Below, one piece after another: positions 30,164-40,548 of a DNA stretch of 64,000 bases (within the stretch, counting starts at the first letter, position 1; every line of letters begins with the position of its first letter). The notes beneath the pieces are model-generated. The model was not told the origin of the DNA and ran no database searches. It worked only from the letters and a program-made list of their open reading frames with translations. This stretch comes from Candidatus Omnitrophota bacterium. Lineage in GTDB: Bacteria > Ratteibacteria > UBA8468 > MWAK01. The stretch covers positions 33,972 through 97,971 of the forward strand of contig JAZDPL010000089.1 of the NCBI GenBank assembly GCA_043797665.1, in the 5' to 3' direction. The position numbers were made by a program, and so were the translations under genes.

Positions 30164-30952
30164 TCACACCGCAAGGCAGGTAAATATTTGGTAGTGCAGG
30201 TAGGCGATAAATCCGTCTTCGGTAAGGGCGAAAACGTTCGGAATCTCGCCGAAAGAACGCGAAACTTCCCTTCTGATATTGATTACGTCTCTCCGGGTCA
30301 ACCGGTACCTTTTCGCCAGGTCTTCGGGTTTCAGGCACAACCGAGGCGCCAGGCAAATGTTTTGTACGGTCAGGTATTCTTCTTCCAGGGCTGTTTTCAA
30401 TTCCTTCTTGGTGGGGTACCACTTATCCGTACGCATCAATTTGTACAGAAGATTCAGACATTCTGCGTCGCGCTTCCTTTCAAAACAGGCTGTCTGATGA
30501 ATAAAGGTCTCGCCCGGTTCAAGAAGACCGCGTATGTGTTTAAGAAATGGACTTATCCCTGTCCGGCCGAAATAATGCAGTACCGAGCGCATGATGAGCA
30601 TAAGCCTTTCCTTCTTTGCGCCGATCTGTTCGCGTTTAACCTCTATTACCGAGGTTACCAGAGACGTAATTCGGGAGTCATGGTATTTTCGGACCTGTTT
30701 TGCAGATAGGTCTATGTTTACAAATTTGGTTCCGGCATAATCAGAACACTGGAGTAATTCTTTCAGGATGAAACCGGTTCCGCCGCCCAGGTCTGCCACG
30801 AAAGAGGGTGTAAATTCAGCGATTGCCTGTTCTATTTTTTCAATCAGTGGCCGGGCAATACCGGAATCGGCGAAGTATCCGTCGTGGATGTCGTTCCAAC
30901 ACTTTCCGTACACTCCTTTTTCCCTTTCAAGCCAATGGGTATTACGTTTCAT
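30164..30952 (-). CDS. Class I SAM-dependent methyltransferase
   Basis: Motif I VADLGGGTG, plus IDLS and RSVLHY. Confidence 0.85.
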   Translation of the reverse strand: MKRNTHWLEREKGVYGKCWNDIHDGYFADSGIARPLIEKIEQAIAEFTPSFVADLGGGTGFILKELLQCSDYAGTKFVNIDLSAKQVRKYHDSRITSLVTSVIEVKREQIGAKKERLMLIMRSVLHYFGRTGISPFLKHIRGLLEPGETFIHQTACFERKRDAECLNLLYKLMRTDKWYPTKKELKTALEEEYLTVQNICLAPRLCLKPEDLAKRYRLTRRDVINIRREVSRSFGEIPNVFALTEDGFIAYLHYQIFTCLAV

Positions 30953-31210
30953 TTTTGTTCTCCGGATTTTCACCGGATGTTCTGAATGTACTTTTTCATA
31001 TGAATTAATATAATACCATATTAAGAAATTGCCCACCGCCCACGAATGGGCAATGAGTTGTATTAAAGAAGAGATTGACCTTAGAACGCAGGAAGAAGTA
31101 TACTCTGGAAGGGAGAAACATTCCCAAAAACAATGGTCGGACCAACACCCGACGAAATAGATACACCGGAGTATAATACGATTAATAAAGCAGGGTACCA
31201 GTTAACATCG

Positions 31211-32191
31211 ATGAGAGTCATTAGCCTTCTGATACTGATGGTTGGGATGGTGTCATGTGCAAGTGATGACTCGTCCAGCACGAGTTGGAAATTTGCCTAC
31301 ATGAGCGACAATAAAGATGCCACAGCGGATAGTGGAGTTAACATGGCGACGGTTGGTCGGATTGCTGAAGATATGCAAAACCAAGGGGCGTCTCTTGTTC
31401 TGGCTGGAGGTGATTTAATCGATGGGCGAGGTCTGGATGTGGCGGGATTAAATGCACAATATGCAAAATGGATTGAGGCCATGGCCCCGGTTTATAATGC
31501 TTCAATACCTGTATATGCGGTTCCCGGTAACCACGAATACTGGGGTGATTCGGCGGAAAGTTGTGTAACAGCGTGGAATGAAAGCATCGTACCGGTGCTT
31601 CCATCCGGGAGAACGGATAACGCCGATTATGCGGGCCGCGAATATAGTTTTACATTTAACAACGCTTTGTTCATCGGTCTCGATCAGAATCAGTTTGGTT
31701 TTTCGATGCCGGACTACTATAGAGGCAATGATGTCGCGTGGGTTGAGGAGCAGTTAACCACTCTCTATGCGGCAACGTATCCACATGTAATCGCGTTTGG
31801 GCATATGCCACAATTCATGCTTCAATATGGTTGGTCGGACACAAACAAAGTGAATCGAGAAGAATTCTGGAACGCACTGGGATCCGCTAACTCGAAAATG
31901 TATTTTACAGGTCATTCCCACACCTATGCTTTGGGAGAGGCAACCACCATATCCGGTGATCATTCCATTTATCAAATTTTAGCAGGTTCAGCAGGGGCTG
32001 GTTTTGAAGATGGGAGTTGGACTGGCATTTATTATGAATCCGATCGTGTCACCCCGGTGGATAGCAACAACACTTATGAAGGGTATGCCTTAGTGACTAT
32101 CACGGGAGAGAATGTCATGATGGAATGGAGATATTATGATAGCGCCACCGGAACCTTCAAATCTCGAGCGGGTTTTGATTACAACCAATAA
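31211..32191 (+). CDS. Secreted or lipoprotein calcineurin-like metallophosphoesterase
   Basis: Motifs SD, GGDLID, PGNHE, FGH and GHSH, with an N-terminal signal ending in SC. Confidence 0.88.
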   Translation: MRVISLLILMVGMVSCASDDSSSTSWKFAYMSDNKDATADSGVNMATVGRIAEDMQNQGASLVLAGGDLIDGRGLDVAGLNAQYAKWIEAMAPVYNASIPVYAVPGNHEYWGDSAESCVTAWNESIVPVLPSGRTDNADYAGREYSFTFNNALFIGLDQNQFGFSMPDYYRGNDVAWVEEQLTTLYAATYPHVIAFGHMPQFMLQYGWSDTNKVNREEFWNALGSANSKMYFTGHSHTYALGEATTISGDHSIYQILAGSAGAGFEDGSWTGIYYESDRVTPVDSNNTYEGYALVTITGENVMMEWRYYDSATGTFKSRAGFDYNQ

Positions 32192-32296
32192 TAAATATTC
32201 AATTCGTTCTCTTTCATCATCCTGATTTCATGTTTCAGACTACGAAAATCTTTGTCTGATTACCACTCACTCAACCAGTCTACAAAGTTCCATAGA

Positions 32297-32398
32297 GCTC
32301 GCTTGGCAGGACAGCTTAGAACTTATGATTGGGCTAAAGCGTTCCCTTATCCCGAAGTAAGTTTATCACAAATCAGGCAATTATTGGCACTCGCTTGA
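32297..32398 (+). repeat. Cassette boundary repeat type A (att-like site + tail LxWQDSFRTYDW...PEV.I.QI.QLL)
   Basis: Copies at 34923, 37306, 40461 and 41694, with a partial copy at 26678. Confidence 0.9.
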
Positions 32399-32630
32399 CA
32401 TTTCGGGTAAATCCTTACCCCACTTGCTACTTACTATTTCTCAACTTTACCCCTGAATTGTATTAAATTATATCATATTTGATTTGGACGGCAACATGAC
32501 ACAAATCTGGCACAAAAAAAGAGGTGTTCACCCACACTTCATTTGACGGAGGTATTATATATCGGTATAATATACTTGATACTTTTCCGTAATGGAGTTC
32601 AGTAAATATTTGCATGTTTGGAGGTGGAGA

Positions 32631-32840
32631 ATGACCAAGAAAGAAGGAGTAGATTATGTTTCACTTTATCGTAATAAGAAATACCGTGGCAAGTTTGTGG
32701 CTTTAAAACCAAACGACCATAAAGTAGTCGGTTGTGGGCAGACTCCGGAGAAAGCCGAGAAGATGGCTGTCGATTCGGGCGTCGAAAATACAATCATCAC
32801 CAGGGTTCCTAATAAATCCGCAGGTTATCTTCTCTTATGA
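32631..32840 (+). CDS. DUF5678-like small protein
   Basis: Pattern KYRGKFVAL..VVGCG.T.EKA, with a GGAGG ribosome-binding site. It overlaps the downstream protease gene. Confidence 0.75.
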   Translation: MTKKEGVDYVSLYRNKKYRGKFVALKPNDHKVVGCGQTPEKAEKMAVDSGVENTIITRVPNKSAGYLLL

Positions 32841-33271
32841 AATCCAAGATTTACAAATTCTCTCCGTGTCCAATAACCGATAAAAACGGAAGACAAATAG
32901 CCACAGCCTTGCGACCGATAATAGAAATCGTTTTGACTTTAGATAATAAGAGTCGGCTGTTTTCTGGTTTGATTGATACGGGAGCAGACCTTTGTATCTT
33001 TCCTGCTTGGATAGCAAAGCATTTTGGACACAACCTATTATTAGGTAAAGAAAGAACAATAAAAGGTTTGTGTGGCAGTACGAAGGCTTATAAGCATACA
33101 ACTTTTATTTCAGTTTTCGATGCCGGATTCCGATGTGATTCTTATTATTCGGAGGATAAAGATATAAATAACTTGGGATTTGGTATCCTGGGTTTTCCAT
33201 TCCTGATAAATTTCGAAGTTGAGTTCCGCTACCCCGATTACTTTAAAATCAGCGAGCGAAAAGTATACTAA
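32837..33271 (+). CDS. Retropepsin-like (clan AA) aspartic protease
   Basis: Motifs RPII, GLIDTGAD and GILG..FL. Confidence 0.85.
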   Translation: MKSKIYKFSPCPITDKNGRQIATALRPIIEIVLTLDNKSRLFSGLIDTGADLCIFPAWIAKHFGHNLLLGKERTIKGLCGSTKAYKHTTFISVFDAGFRCDSYYSEDKDINNLGFGILGFPFLINFEVEFRYPDYFKISERKVY

Positions 33272-33549
33272 TACCTATCCTCTTCTCCCACCACCAAATT
33301 CATAAAAGGAACCCTTATTTGCCCACCCGACTTTCCGGTAAGATCGCCTCCGCATCGTGAACAACGTTAGAACTATACTTCAACGGTCAAATGAGTATAT
33401 CCACATACCCGATTTAGCGCCACAAGTTTAACTTGTCTCAATTATAGAAACTCACCCTACCCTGCCACTCACTATATCTCTATTTTGATGGCTTACATTC
33501 CCCACCATCCAGTCGCTGAAATAATGTTCGGTACAAGGGTACGCCGCAC

Positions 33550-34746
33550 TTATTCCAACCAGGAATCCGGCGGCGCAATTAAGAAATCTTCAAGGGGGAT
33601 TCCCTGGGTGGTACCCACAAGCAGTTTTTTATTTGTTTTAAATTGCCGGGAGAAGGCTTCCATTCCAGGCAGGTTTGTTTTCCGGCGGCCACTTTTAACT
33701 TCGATGGCGACAAGGTTTTTTCCTCTACAAAGTACAAAATCTACTTCTTGATTGTGGCTGTTCCAGTAGAAAATTTGCGTTTCTTTACCCAGAATGCCGT
33801 TTGCCAGGTACGCGCCTACAGCCGACTCCACCAACCTTCCCCAGAAATTAGAGTCTTGCCGGGCTTCTTCAACGGTCAGAGGTGAAGTGGCGGTTATCAG
33901 GGCGGTGTTAAGTACCAGCAGTTTCGGACTTGACCCGCGCTGGCGCACCATTTGTCCCGAATATTTGGACAATCCGCAAAGTAACCCGGCGCCTTGAAGC
34001 AGATGCAGGTAATGAGCGAGCGTGGTTGTGTTTCCGGCATCCTGTAATTGCCCCATCATCTTCTGGTACGAAAGAATTTGTCCCGAATACGCGCAACCCA
34101 GTTCAAAAAGCCGGCGCAAAAGAGCTGGTTTGTCCACCCGGGTCATCAGAAGGAGGTCTCGGGAAATGGAAGTTTCAATCAGGGAATCAAGGATATATTG
34201 AGCCCAGCGCCCGCGTTCTTTAATGAGCCCCGCGGCGCCCGGATACCCACCGTAATAAAGATACTTATCTAATTCCCATCCGAAAGCCTGCTTCATTTCA
34301 GAAAACGGCCAGTGGGTAACGTGGATAATTTCAAAACGGCCGGCCAGGCTTTCCGTCAAGCCACGCTGGACAAGCAAAGGTGAGGAACCGAGCAACACCA
34401 CCTGCAGGGGGATGTTTTTAAAGGTATCTTCGTCCCACAACCGTTTAACCGTTTCCGACCAGCCGGGAACTTTGTGGATTTCATCCAACACCAGCAGCGC
34501 CTTTTTCTTCCGATCCGGACTCTTTACGAGGGCGCGTCCGGATTCCCATTGCTGCTCAATCCAGGCACAGCTTTTTAGAGAAGGTTCATCAGCCGAAGCG
34601 TAATGGTTCGGGAAATCTATCTCCGTCAGAATCTGTTGAGCAACAGTTGTTTTACCGGTCTGCCGTGGTCCGGCAAGAACCTGAATAAAACGCCTCGGTT
34701 CAGAAAGGCGACGCAATAGAACATCAAAAACAGGCCGTTTATACAT
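33550..34746 (-). CDS. AAA_14 ATPase with DUF4143 (PD-(D/E)xK-like C-terminus)
   Basis: Motifs GPRQTGKT, LDEIH, ESLAGR, GGYP and EVDFV..IEVKS. Confidence 0.92.
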   Translation of the reverse strand: MYKRPVFDVLLRRLSEPRRFIQVLAGPRQTGKTTVAQQILTEIDFPNHYASADEPSLKSCAWIEQQWESGRALVKSPDRKKKALLVLDEIHKVPGWSETVKRLWDEDTFKNIPLQVVLLGSSPLLVQRGLTESLAGRFEIIHVTHWPFSEMKQAFGWELDKYLYYGGYPGAAGLIKERGRWAQYILDSLIETSISRDLLLMTRVDKPALLRRLFELGCAYSGQILSYQKMMGQLQDAGNTTTLAHYLHLLQGAGLLCGLSKYSGQMVRQRGSSPKLLVLNTALITATSPLTVEEARQDSNFWGRLVESAVGAYLANGILGKETQIFYWNSHNQEVDFVLCRGKNLVAIEVKSGRRKTNLPGMEAFSRQFKTNKKLLVGTTQGIPLEDFLIAPPDSWLE

Positions 34747-34769
34747 ATATTTACCTCCGGTTTTACAGT

Positions 34770-34810
34770 TTACTCATTGTCTTGAGTAATTTTACTCAAT
34801 GTAATGAGTA
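34770..34810. promoter_or_regulatory. Two TACTCA-N-TGAGTA palindromes upstream of the ATPase
   Basis: Sequences ttactcattgtcttgagtaa and ttactcaatgtaatgagta. Confidence 0.6.
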
Positions 34811-35164
34811 TTTGTCAAGAGGTACTACCTAAAGGAATTTTTTTTAACAGAAAGGTAGAAGGGTTCTAACGTCCTGTTGGGGGTAAGATGGAAATGCAGT
34901 AATAGTGCGGTTTCCAGACTTCGCTCGCTTGGCAGGACAGCTTTAGAACCTATGATTGGCCTACAGCCATCCCTGCCCCCGAAGTTGCTATCAGCCAAAT
35001 AAAACAATTGTTAATGAGCGTTCAACCATAGACCCAGCCAGAATGAACGATATTCGTTGACGGTTATTGTGCCGTTTTTTATGAAATACTTGACCGCTTT
35101 TTCTTGCCGTAAATTAAGACCACTGCCACAGTGAGGACATTTCATAGTCAGTGTCGGAATAAAC

Positions 35165-35335
35165 TCATTGGAAAATAACCGGGACTCTTGTTTGTATTAC
35201 CTCTTTTAACCCATATTTTCTTCTTATGGCTGCTAAATCTCTTTTTTCTTCTTCTGGATTCTTGCTGTATCTTTTGCTTAACTCATCTCGAATGTCTCGC
35301 ATCATTTTTACCGCATCAATTTTTTTACCTTTCAT
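35165..35335 (-). CDS. Small putative antitoxin downstream of the PIN gene
   Basis: MKGKKIDAVKMMRDIRD..., overlapping the PIN stop codon. Confidence 0.65.
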   Translation of the reverse strand: MKGKKIDAVKMMRDIRDELSKRYSKNPEEEKRDLAAIRRKYGLKEVIQTRVPVIFQ

Positions 35336-35780
35336 CGAATACCTCCAGCGGACTCCGTATTTCCAGGAACGGATATCCATACTTAAGATTTACCGAATTA
35401 TAAAGTCTAATTTTGCTCAAATTAACAATGTGCTTAAAATTCCAACTTACTAAAACATCAACCCTGTTAATAGTGGCCAGGGCTATATGCTGTGCATCAA
35501 CCAGATATCCCGTAGTTACAGCTCCATCTTTAATATAATACTGTGCCAGCTTTCTTGCTTCGTCGTCTAAAATAAGCGGTCTTCGATGTGCTTCTGGTAT
35601 TTCTTCAACTAATTTCCTGACCTCAAGAGGCGATCCCTCCAACTCTTTTAAGGTTAAATCAGAAATTACAACAATTTTCGAGCCCGAGATAAATTCATTG
35701 ATTAGGTTGCGGGACCATTTTTCAAACTCCGGATCAAAACATCCACCAAATACCGATGTGTCTGCGTACACTTGTATCAT
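35325..35780 (-). CDS. PIN-domain (VapC-like) protein
   Basis: Motifs VYADTSV, DAQHIALA and LVSWNFKH. Confidence 0.9.
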   Translation of the reverse strand: MIQVYADTSVFGGCFDPEFEKWSRNLINEFISGSKIVVISDLTLKELEGSPLEVRKLVEEIPEAHRRPLILDDEARKLAQYYIKDGAVTTGYLVDAQHIALATINRVDVLVSWNFKHIVNLSKIRLYNSVNLKYGYPFLEIRSPLEVFDER

Positions 35781-36321
35781 TTCACTCCCACAAAATTTGA
35801 AATCCCCAGGTTTTACCTCTGGTTAGTTCCTAACTTTTAAGTATACCACGAATAAAAACTCGAATCAAAGTCCAGGAGGTAACGAGATAAAAAGGAAAAA
35901 GAGGAAAAGTTCGAACGTCCTACCAGGGGTACAATCAGAAACGTAGGAATAGTGCGGTGTCTTGGACTTAGCTCCGCCTCGTGGACAACGTTAGAACCAT
36001 ACTTCAACGGTCAGATGAGTATATTCACATACCCGATTTGGCGCCACAAGCTTAGTTTGTCTTAATTATAGAAGTTTACCCTACCCTGCCACTCACTATA
36101 TCTCTATTTTGATGGGTGGCACTGGGAATCCGATCCCTACCGATTGGTCATCCCCTGTTAAAAAAATATTCCTCTGGGGTTCGCTTTTTTCTTTTATAAC
36201 TTGAGGAAACCGTTGTCATTATTAGGTTTGACCTATAAAAAGACAGTTTTTTATAGCATTTTATAACTTTAATACCTGGTGGTTCATTTCTAAAACTTAA
36301 GAGATATTTTAAAAGCGGTTT

Positions 36322-36861
36322 TCAGGAACCTCCAGCGAACTTTTTCTGGAAAATTTTGAATTTTTCCATCTCGCCTTCTTTTTCAGCCCACTTTTTTATT
36401 TTGGTTAAATTCACCTTATTGTCTTTCGCCACCAATATTGCCTGCTCCAGAGCCTGGCGGTCGTTCCAGAAAAAATAGGCGGCGAGCCTATCTTTAACGC
36501 AATCGGTCGCGGTTAATAAACGGATTATTCCGTACCTAGTTTCCAATGAATTGAGTTTAAGTACCGGCTCATTGCCTATGGCTATGGGCGGTGCCGGGAA
36601 ATCTATCAAAAATTTGCATTTGGGATTTTCAAATAGACGACCATCTTTCTTTTCGAAGCCAATTTTATTAAGTATCGGGACGAGTTCCTTGAGGGAGTTC
36701 TCGGTAATAAAATCCAGATCATAAGAAACGTATTTGTTTTTGGCGTATATTGAGACACAAGCGCCCCCTACCAGCGTGACTTCAACGCCATTTTTTCTTA
36801 AGGTATCGGAAACGATAGCCGCCAAATCCTTGATGGTAATTTTTTTCCAATCTATTTTCAT
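36322..36861 (-). CDS. Nucleotidyltransferase-fold protein (AbiEii/DUF6036-like)
   Basis: Motif LVGGAC..Y..YVSYDLDF. It is paired with an upstream winged HTH gene. Confidence 0.7.
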   Translation of the reverse strand: MKIDWKKITIKDLAAIVSDTLRKNGVEVTLVGGACVSIYAKNKYVSYDLDFITENSLKELVPILNKIGFEKKDGRLFENPKCKFLIDFPAPPIAIGNEPVLKLNSLETRYGIIRLLTATDCVKDRLAAYFFWNDRQALEQAILVAKDNKVNLTKIKKWAEKEGEMEKFKIFQKKFAGGS

Positions 36862-37187
36862 AGCGGTTTGCCCTTTTTTCTCGGTCTTGTTCTTTTACGA
36901 TAGTATCGCTCAATTTCTTTTTCGGAAAGAAATTCCATAGCCCTGCGCAATAGTGACTTCACTTCTTTAAGGAAGGGGTATCGTGAATTAAATCTGTATA
37001 GTCTTGTCTTTCCTTCAAGAAAACTGACCACTATTCCACCGTCTTCCAAGCGTTGGAGTTGTTGCTGGATGCCGTTAACGGAAATGCCGAAGGTCCTGGA
37101 CATTCCTTTGGGATACCCTTGTCCATAGGTTTCCAAGAAAAAAAATATTTTTTCTATCGTACCGTTACCCAGCAGAGGTTCTAACAT
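36858..37187 (-). CDS. Winged-helix transcriptional regulator, putative antitoxin
   Basis: HTH segment followed by QLQRLEDGGIV..GKTRLY. It overlaps its partner by 4 bp. Confidence 0.8.
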   Translation of the reverse strand: MLEPLLGNGTIEKIFFFLETYGQGYPKGMSRTFGISVNGIQQQLQRLEDGGIVVSFLEGKTRLYRFNSRYPFLKEVKSLLRRAMEFLSEKEIERYYRKRTRPRKKGKPL

Positions 37188-37200
37188 GGTTATCTCCTTT

Positions 37201-37238
37201 TACCATAATTTATGGTAATGTTACCATATAATATGGTA
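37201..37238. promoter_or_regulatory. Tandem TACCATA-N3-TATGGTA operators
   Basis: Two 17-bp palindromes directly upstream of the winged-HTH gene. Confidence 0.75.
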
Positions 37239-37846
37239 TAAGTCAAATTTATTCTTAGGTAATTATCTGGTTGATTACGGCAGGCGTACTCCTATTCGTA
37301 CACGAGCTCGCTTGGCAGGACAGCTTTAGAACCTATGATTGGCTTACAGCCATCCCTGCCCCCGAAGTTACTATCAACCAAATAAAGCAATTACTGATGA
37401 GTCTTCAGTAATAAACCTCTCATATTATATCGTTTTGGACGGTGACATGGCACAAATTTTTACCCTAACTGGACACCAGTCTTTCTTCCCTGAGGACAGA
37501 GTCCCACCCACCATACCTACTCTCCCTTGAGTTGCTGTTGAGGCTAAACAGCAACTTATGCCAAACCCTCTTAGAGAAACAATCTCTACCGCGCCCTTTA
37601 CCACCCCTACCCGCTGGAACAACGTTCACAAATTCACCGGAATAGCAGAAACTATTGGCTGATAACGGGTTAGATAGTGTGAACTTATCACTAATGCAAA
37701 ATGGACCACCTCACCCCTACCCCAGCCACAAGGAATTTGGTCTGGCTATTAGATTTTAGAAAATGGTTGTCCTAAGAGTAATGTGATATACTTTATGGTG
37801 ATTGGACTGGAGGCAAGTTGATAAGGATTGATTTTTTAACGCTAAT

Positions 37847-38335
37847 ATGTCACAAATAAAACAACTTCTATCATTAGTGTTCTTATTATTCCTATTATCC
37901 TCTATTCATTTCATTCCTTTTCTTTCTGCCCAAAGTAAGTCCGATTTTCTCTGCGACCCCAAAAGTCTTTTAATCATCTGCCAAAAACTGGGAGTAGAGG
38001 CGAACATAGATGAACTTACCCGATTTTATAACCAAGACAAAACTGGCACAACTATGGATCGTCTCTATGCAGCAGCCAAGAGAAAAGGACTTTACGCAGT
38101 GGAGATAAAGATAGGGGTGGATGACCTTGCCAAACTTAAAGTTCCTGCAATTGCTCATCTTTGGAATGATTATTTCCTTGTCGTAGAGCATACCGACACT
38201 GATACACTTAAAATAACTGACAGTAGAAACTTTACCCAAAACAACAGCCCGGACCGGTATCAAATCGCAAACTTGAAATCAGGCGATTGTTTCCACATAA
38301 TTCTGAAGATATACAGTAAAATCTCAAATGGTTAA
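37847..38335 (+). pseudogene. Truncated peptidase C39-like protein, followed by a trypsin-like fragment
   Basis: Motifs CDPKSL, GTTM..L..AA and PAIAHL...FLVV. A GQNLNFAIP fragment follows out of frame. Confidence 0.55.
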
Positions 38336-38606
38336 AGGCCAGAACCTGAACTTTGCCATCCCGGGCGAACAAAAATAATTGAACTTGAAGCGAACACCGG
38401 CAGAACGTTGAAGAAGTGGAGTACAAATCTGCAGGAGAGAAGTCATACGCACCTATTATTTCAAAAATAAAATAGCATCCGAATGGGGCTATTGGGATGG
38501 TGTGCCGGGAAGGATTACCCCGTAAGGGTCTATGGAAATTGGCGGGATATTATTACAGTTGATAATGTACAAGGTTGTCTCTAATTTTAAGGGAACTATA
38601 TCATAA

Positions 38607-40007
38607 TTATAAAGAACCTTCGTCTATCAACGATTTCTCTATAGGTACTAAGGGTTTATACGTATACGCCAATGTAAAGTTAAGACTTCTTGACTTATAA
38701 AAATCTCTGCTACTTTTAATTTGGCTCCAGTATTTATTCGCTTTTTGTGTAAGAGATTGCTTCTCAGTTCTTATATACCCTTGTAATTGAAGTTGAATTG
38801 TCATTTCCTGGATTTCCCATTCTGAACTGTAGTTATATGTTGTCCCAGACAGTATAGGATGCTCTTCCTTCGTATCACTCTCAGAAAATGTATAATAAGG
38901 AGGACTCTCTTTTACATTCTTAATTGGTTGCCCGTATTTTTTAGTTAAAGAATTCTGTAGGTTGTCGTAGCGAGAAGCGACCTTCTCCATCGTCCCTATT
39001 GTAACATCAAAACCAGTTGTTATGGAATACAGCTTATCCTGCGGAGGGCTGTATTCATCTGCTGGGGGCGTTGTTTTAAAAAGTAACATGGTATATTCTG
39101 GTATGTCAACACGAACCAAAGAACCATCATATACCTCAAAATATGTTGAGCCAAGAATGTAGTCATTTCCACATCCTATTTTTTCTTTCTCTTCCGTAAC
39201 GAACATCGCCTGTGCTTTTCCAGAACCCATACCAAATGTAAGTCCCATGATTGTTGGCGGTTTTGAACTTTTAGGTAAATCTTCTAACCGTTTTGGTTCT
39301 CCTGTTGACTGTAGCAAGGCGAGAAGATGTTTGATTGGTATGGCAAAACTCGTATTTTGTGCTCCTGACTCACCAGAAGTAAGAATCCCAATAACTTTTC
39401 CGTTGTTGTCTAACACTGGTCCGCCACTACAATCTTCAGGTATAGTTGAAGTAATCTTAAACAGAGGAAGTGTTGTTTGGACTAGAAAGGTGGGTATTTC
39501 TGTGGATAATTCACCAGAGTTTTTCAAGCCGTCTATGGTTCCTTCATAAACTTTCTTGTCCACCACACCAACAAGACCCATAGCTACAGCATAAGTATTA
39601 TTAACACATACTCGTTGTCCTTCTATAACTTTATCTGAATCGCCTATGTCAAGTACCTTCGGTGTTTTGATATCAATTCTGAAAATTACTAAATCCTTTT
39701 TTATGTCAAATCCAACGATATCCTTCAATTCGTACTCGTTCTTTTCGTAGTCTTTGATGACAACTTTTCGGGCACCTTCAATAACATGATAATTTGTAGC
39801 AACTTTCCCCTCTTTACTAACAAAAAATCCGGTTCCGAGACAAATTTCTTTTCCTTCTTCATCGTATGCCTTTATTGAGACGGTTCCTTTATTTGTGTCA
39901 AGGAATATTTTAAAAGCGTCTATTCCTGCCGCTTTGGAATTTTTGGGCGTTAGCAACAATAGGAAACTAATCAAAATCACTGTTTTTAGAGCGGTCATCT
40001 TAAACAT
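38607..40007 (-). CDS. Secreted trypsin-like (S1C) serine protease
   Basis: Motifs GTGFFV, TNYHV, DL, CSGGPVL and FAIP. The gene is AT-rich. Confidence 0.85.
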   Translation of the reverse strand: MFKMTALKTVILISFLLLLTPKNSKAAGIDAFKIFLDTNKGTVSIKAYDEEGKEICLGTGFFVSKEGKVATNYHVIEGARKVVIKDYEKNEYELKDIVGFDIKKDLVIFRIDIKTPKVLDIGDSDKVIEGQRVCVNNTYAVAMGLVGVVDKKVYEGTIDGLKNSGELSTEIPTFLVQTTLPLFKITSTIPEDCSGGPVLDNNGKVIGILTSGESGAQNTSFAIPIKHLLALLQSTGEPKRLEDLPKSSKPPTIMGLTFGMGSGKAQAMFVTEEKEKIGCGNDYILGSTYFEVYDGSLVRVDIPEYTMLLFKTTPPADEYSPPQDKLYSITTGFDVTIGTMEKVASRYDNLQNSLTKKYGQPIKNVKESPPYYTFSESDTKEEHPILSGTTYNYSSEWEIQEMTIQLQLQGYIRTEKQSLTQKANKYWSQIKSSRDFYKSRSLNFTLAYTYKPLVPIEKSLIDEGSL

Positions 40008-40548
40008 TTATGCCCCCCATATTTTTTTACCACCACAAACTATTAATTGCATTATTATATTTTTTGTTGCCATATAATAGTCAATAATATCTGCCAGCTT
40101 TTTTAAGGAAGAGGTGCTTGAAATAGAATAACATCCTCCATTTGCCCATTAAAAAGAAATATTTTAGCCTAATTTCCTGCTTTACTTATCCTTGATTTTA
40201 CTCCAATATATCTATGGTGTCAATTAAAAAGCTCCAAATTTTTATTCCTAAATACCCCAAAACTCTGTTTTTATGTCAAGGTATAAATTCCGCCGCAAGG
40301 TAGCCACCCGTACAGAACGCATATCGGCAAAGATTTCTTGAAAGTGATATTAGAGATACCACCTCCGAGGAGATTCTACGCCAGGACAATGCGTAGCTGC
40401 GTAGGATTGTTGAGATTGCCACGCCTGCTTACGCAGGCTCGCAATGACAGAACTGGTTTTGCTCCGGTGGCAGGACAGCTTTAGAACCTATGATTGGACT
40501 CAAGCCATTCCTTTCCCTGACGTCGCTATAAACCAAATAAAGCAGTTG

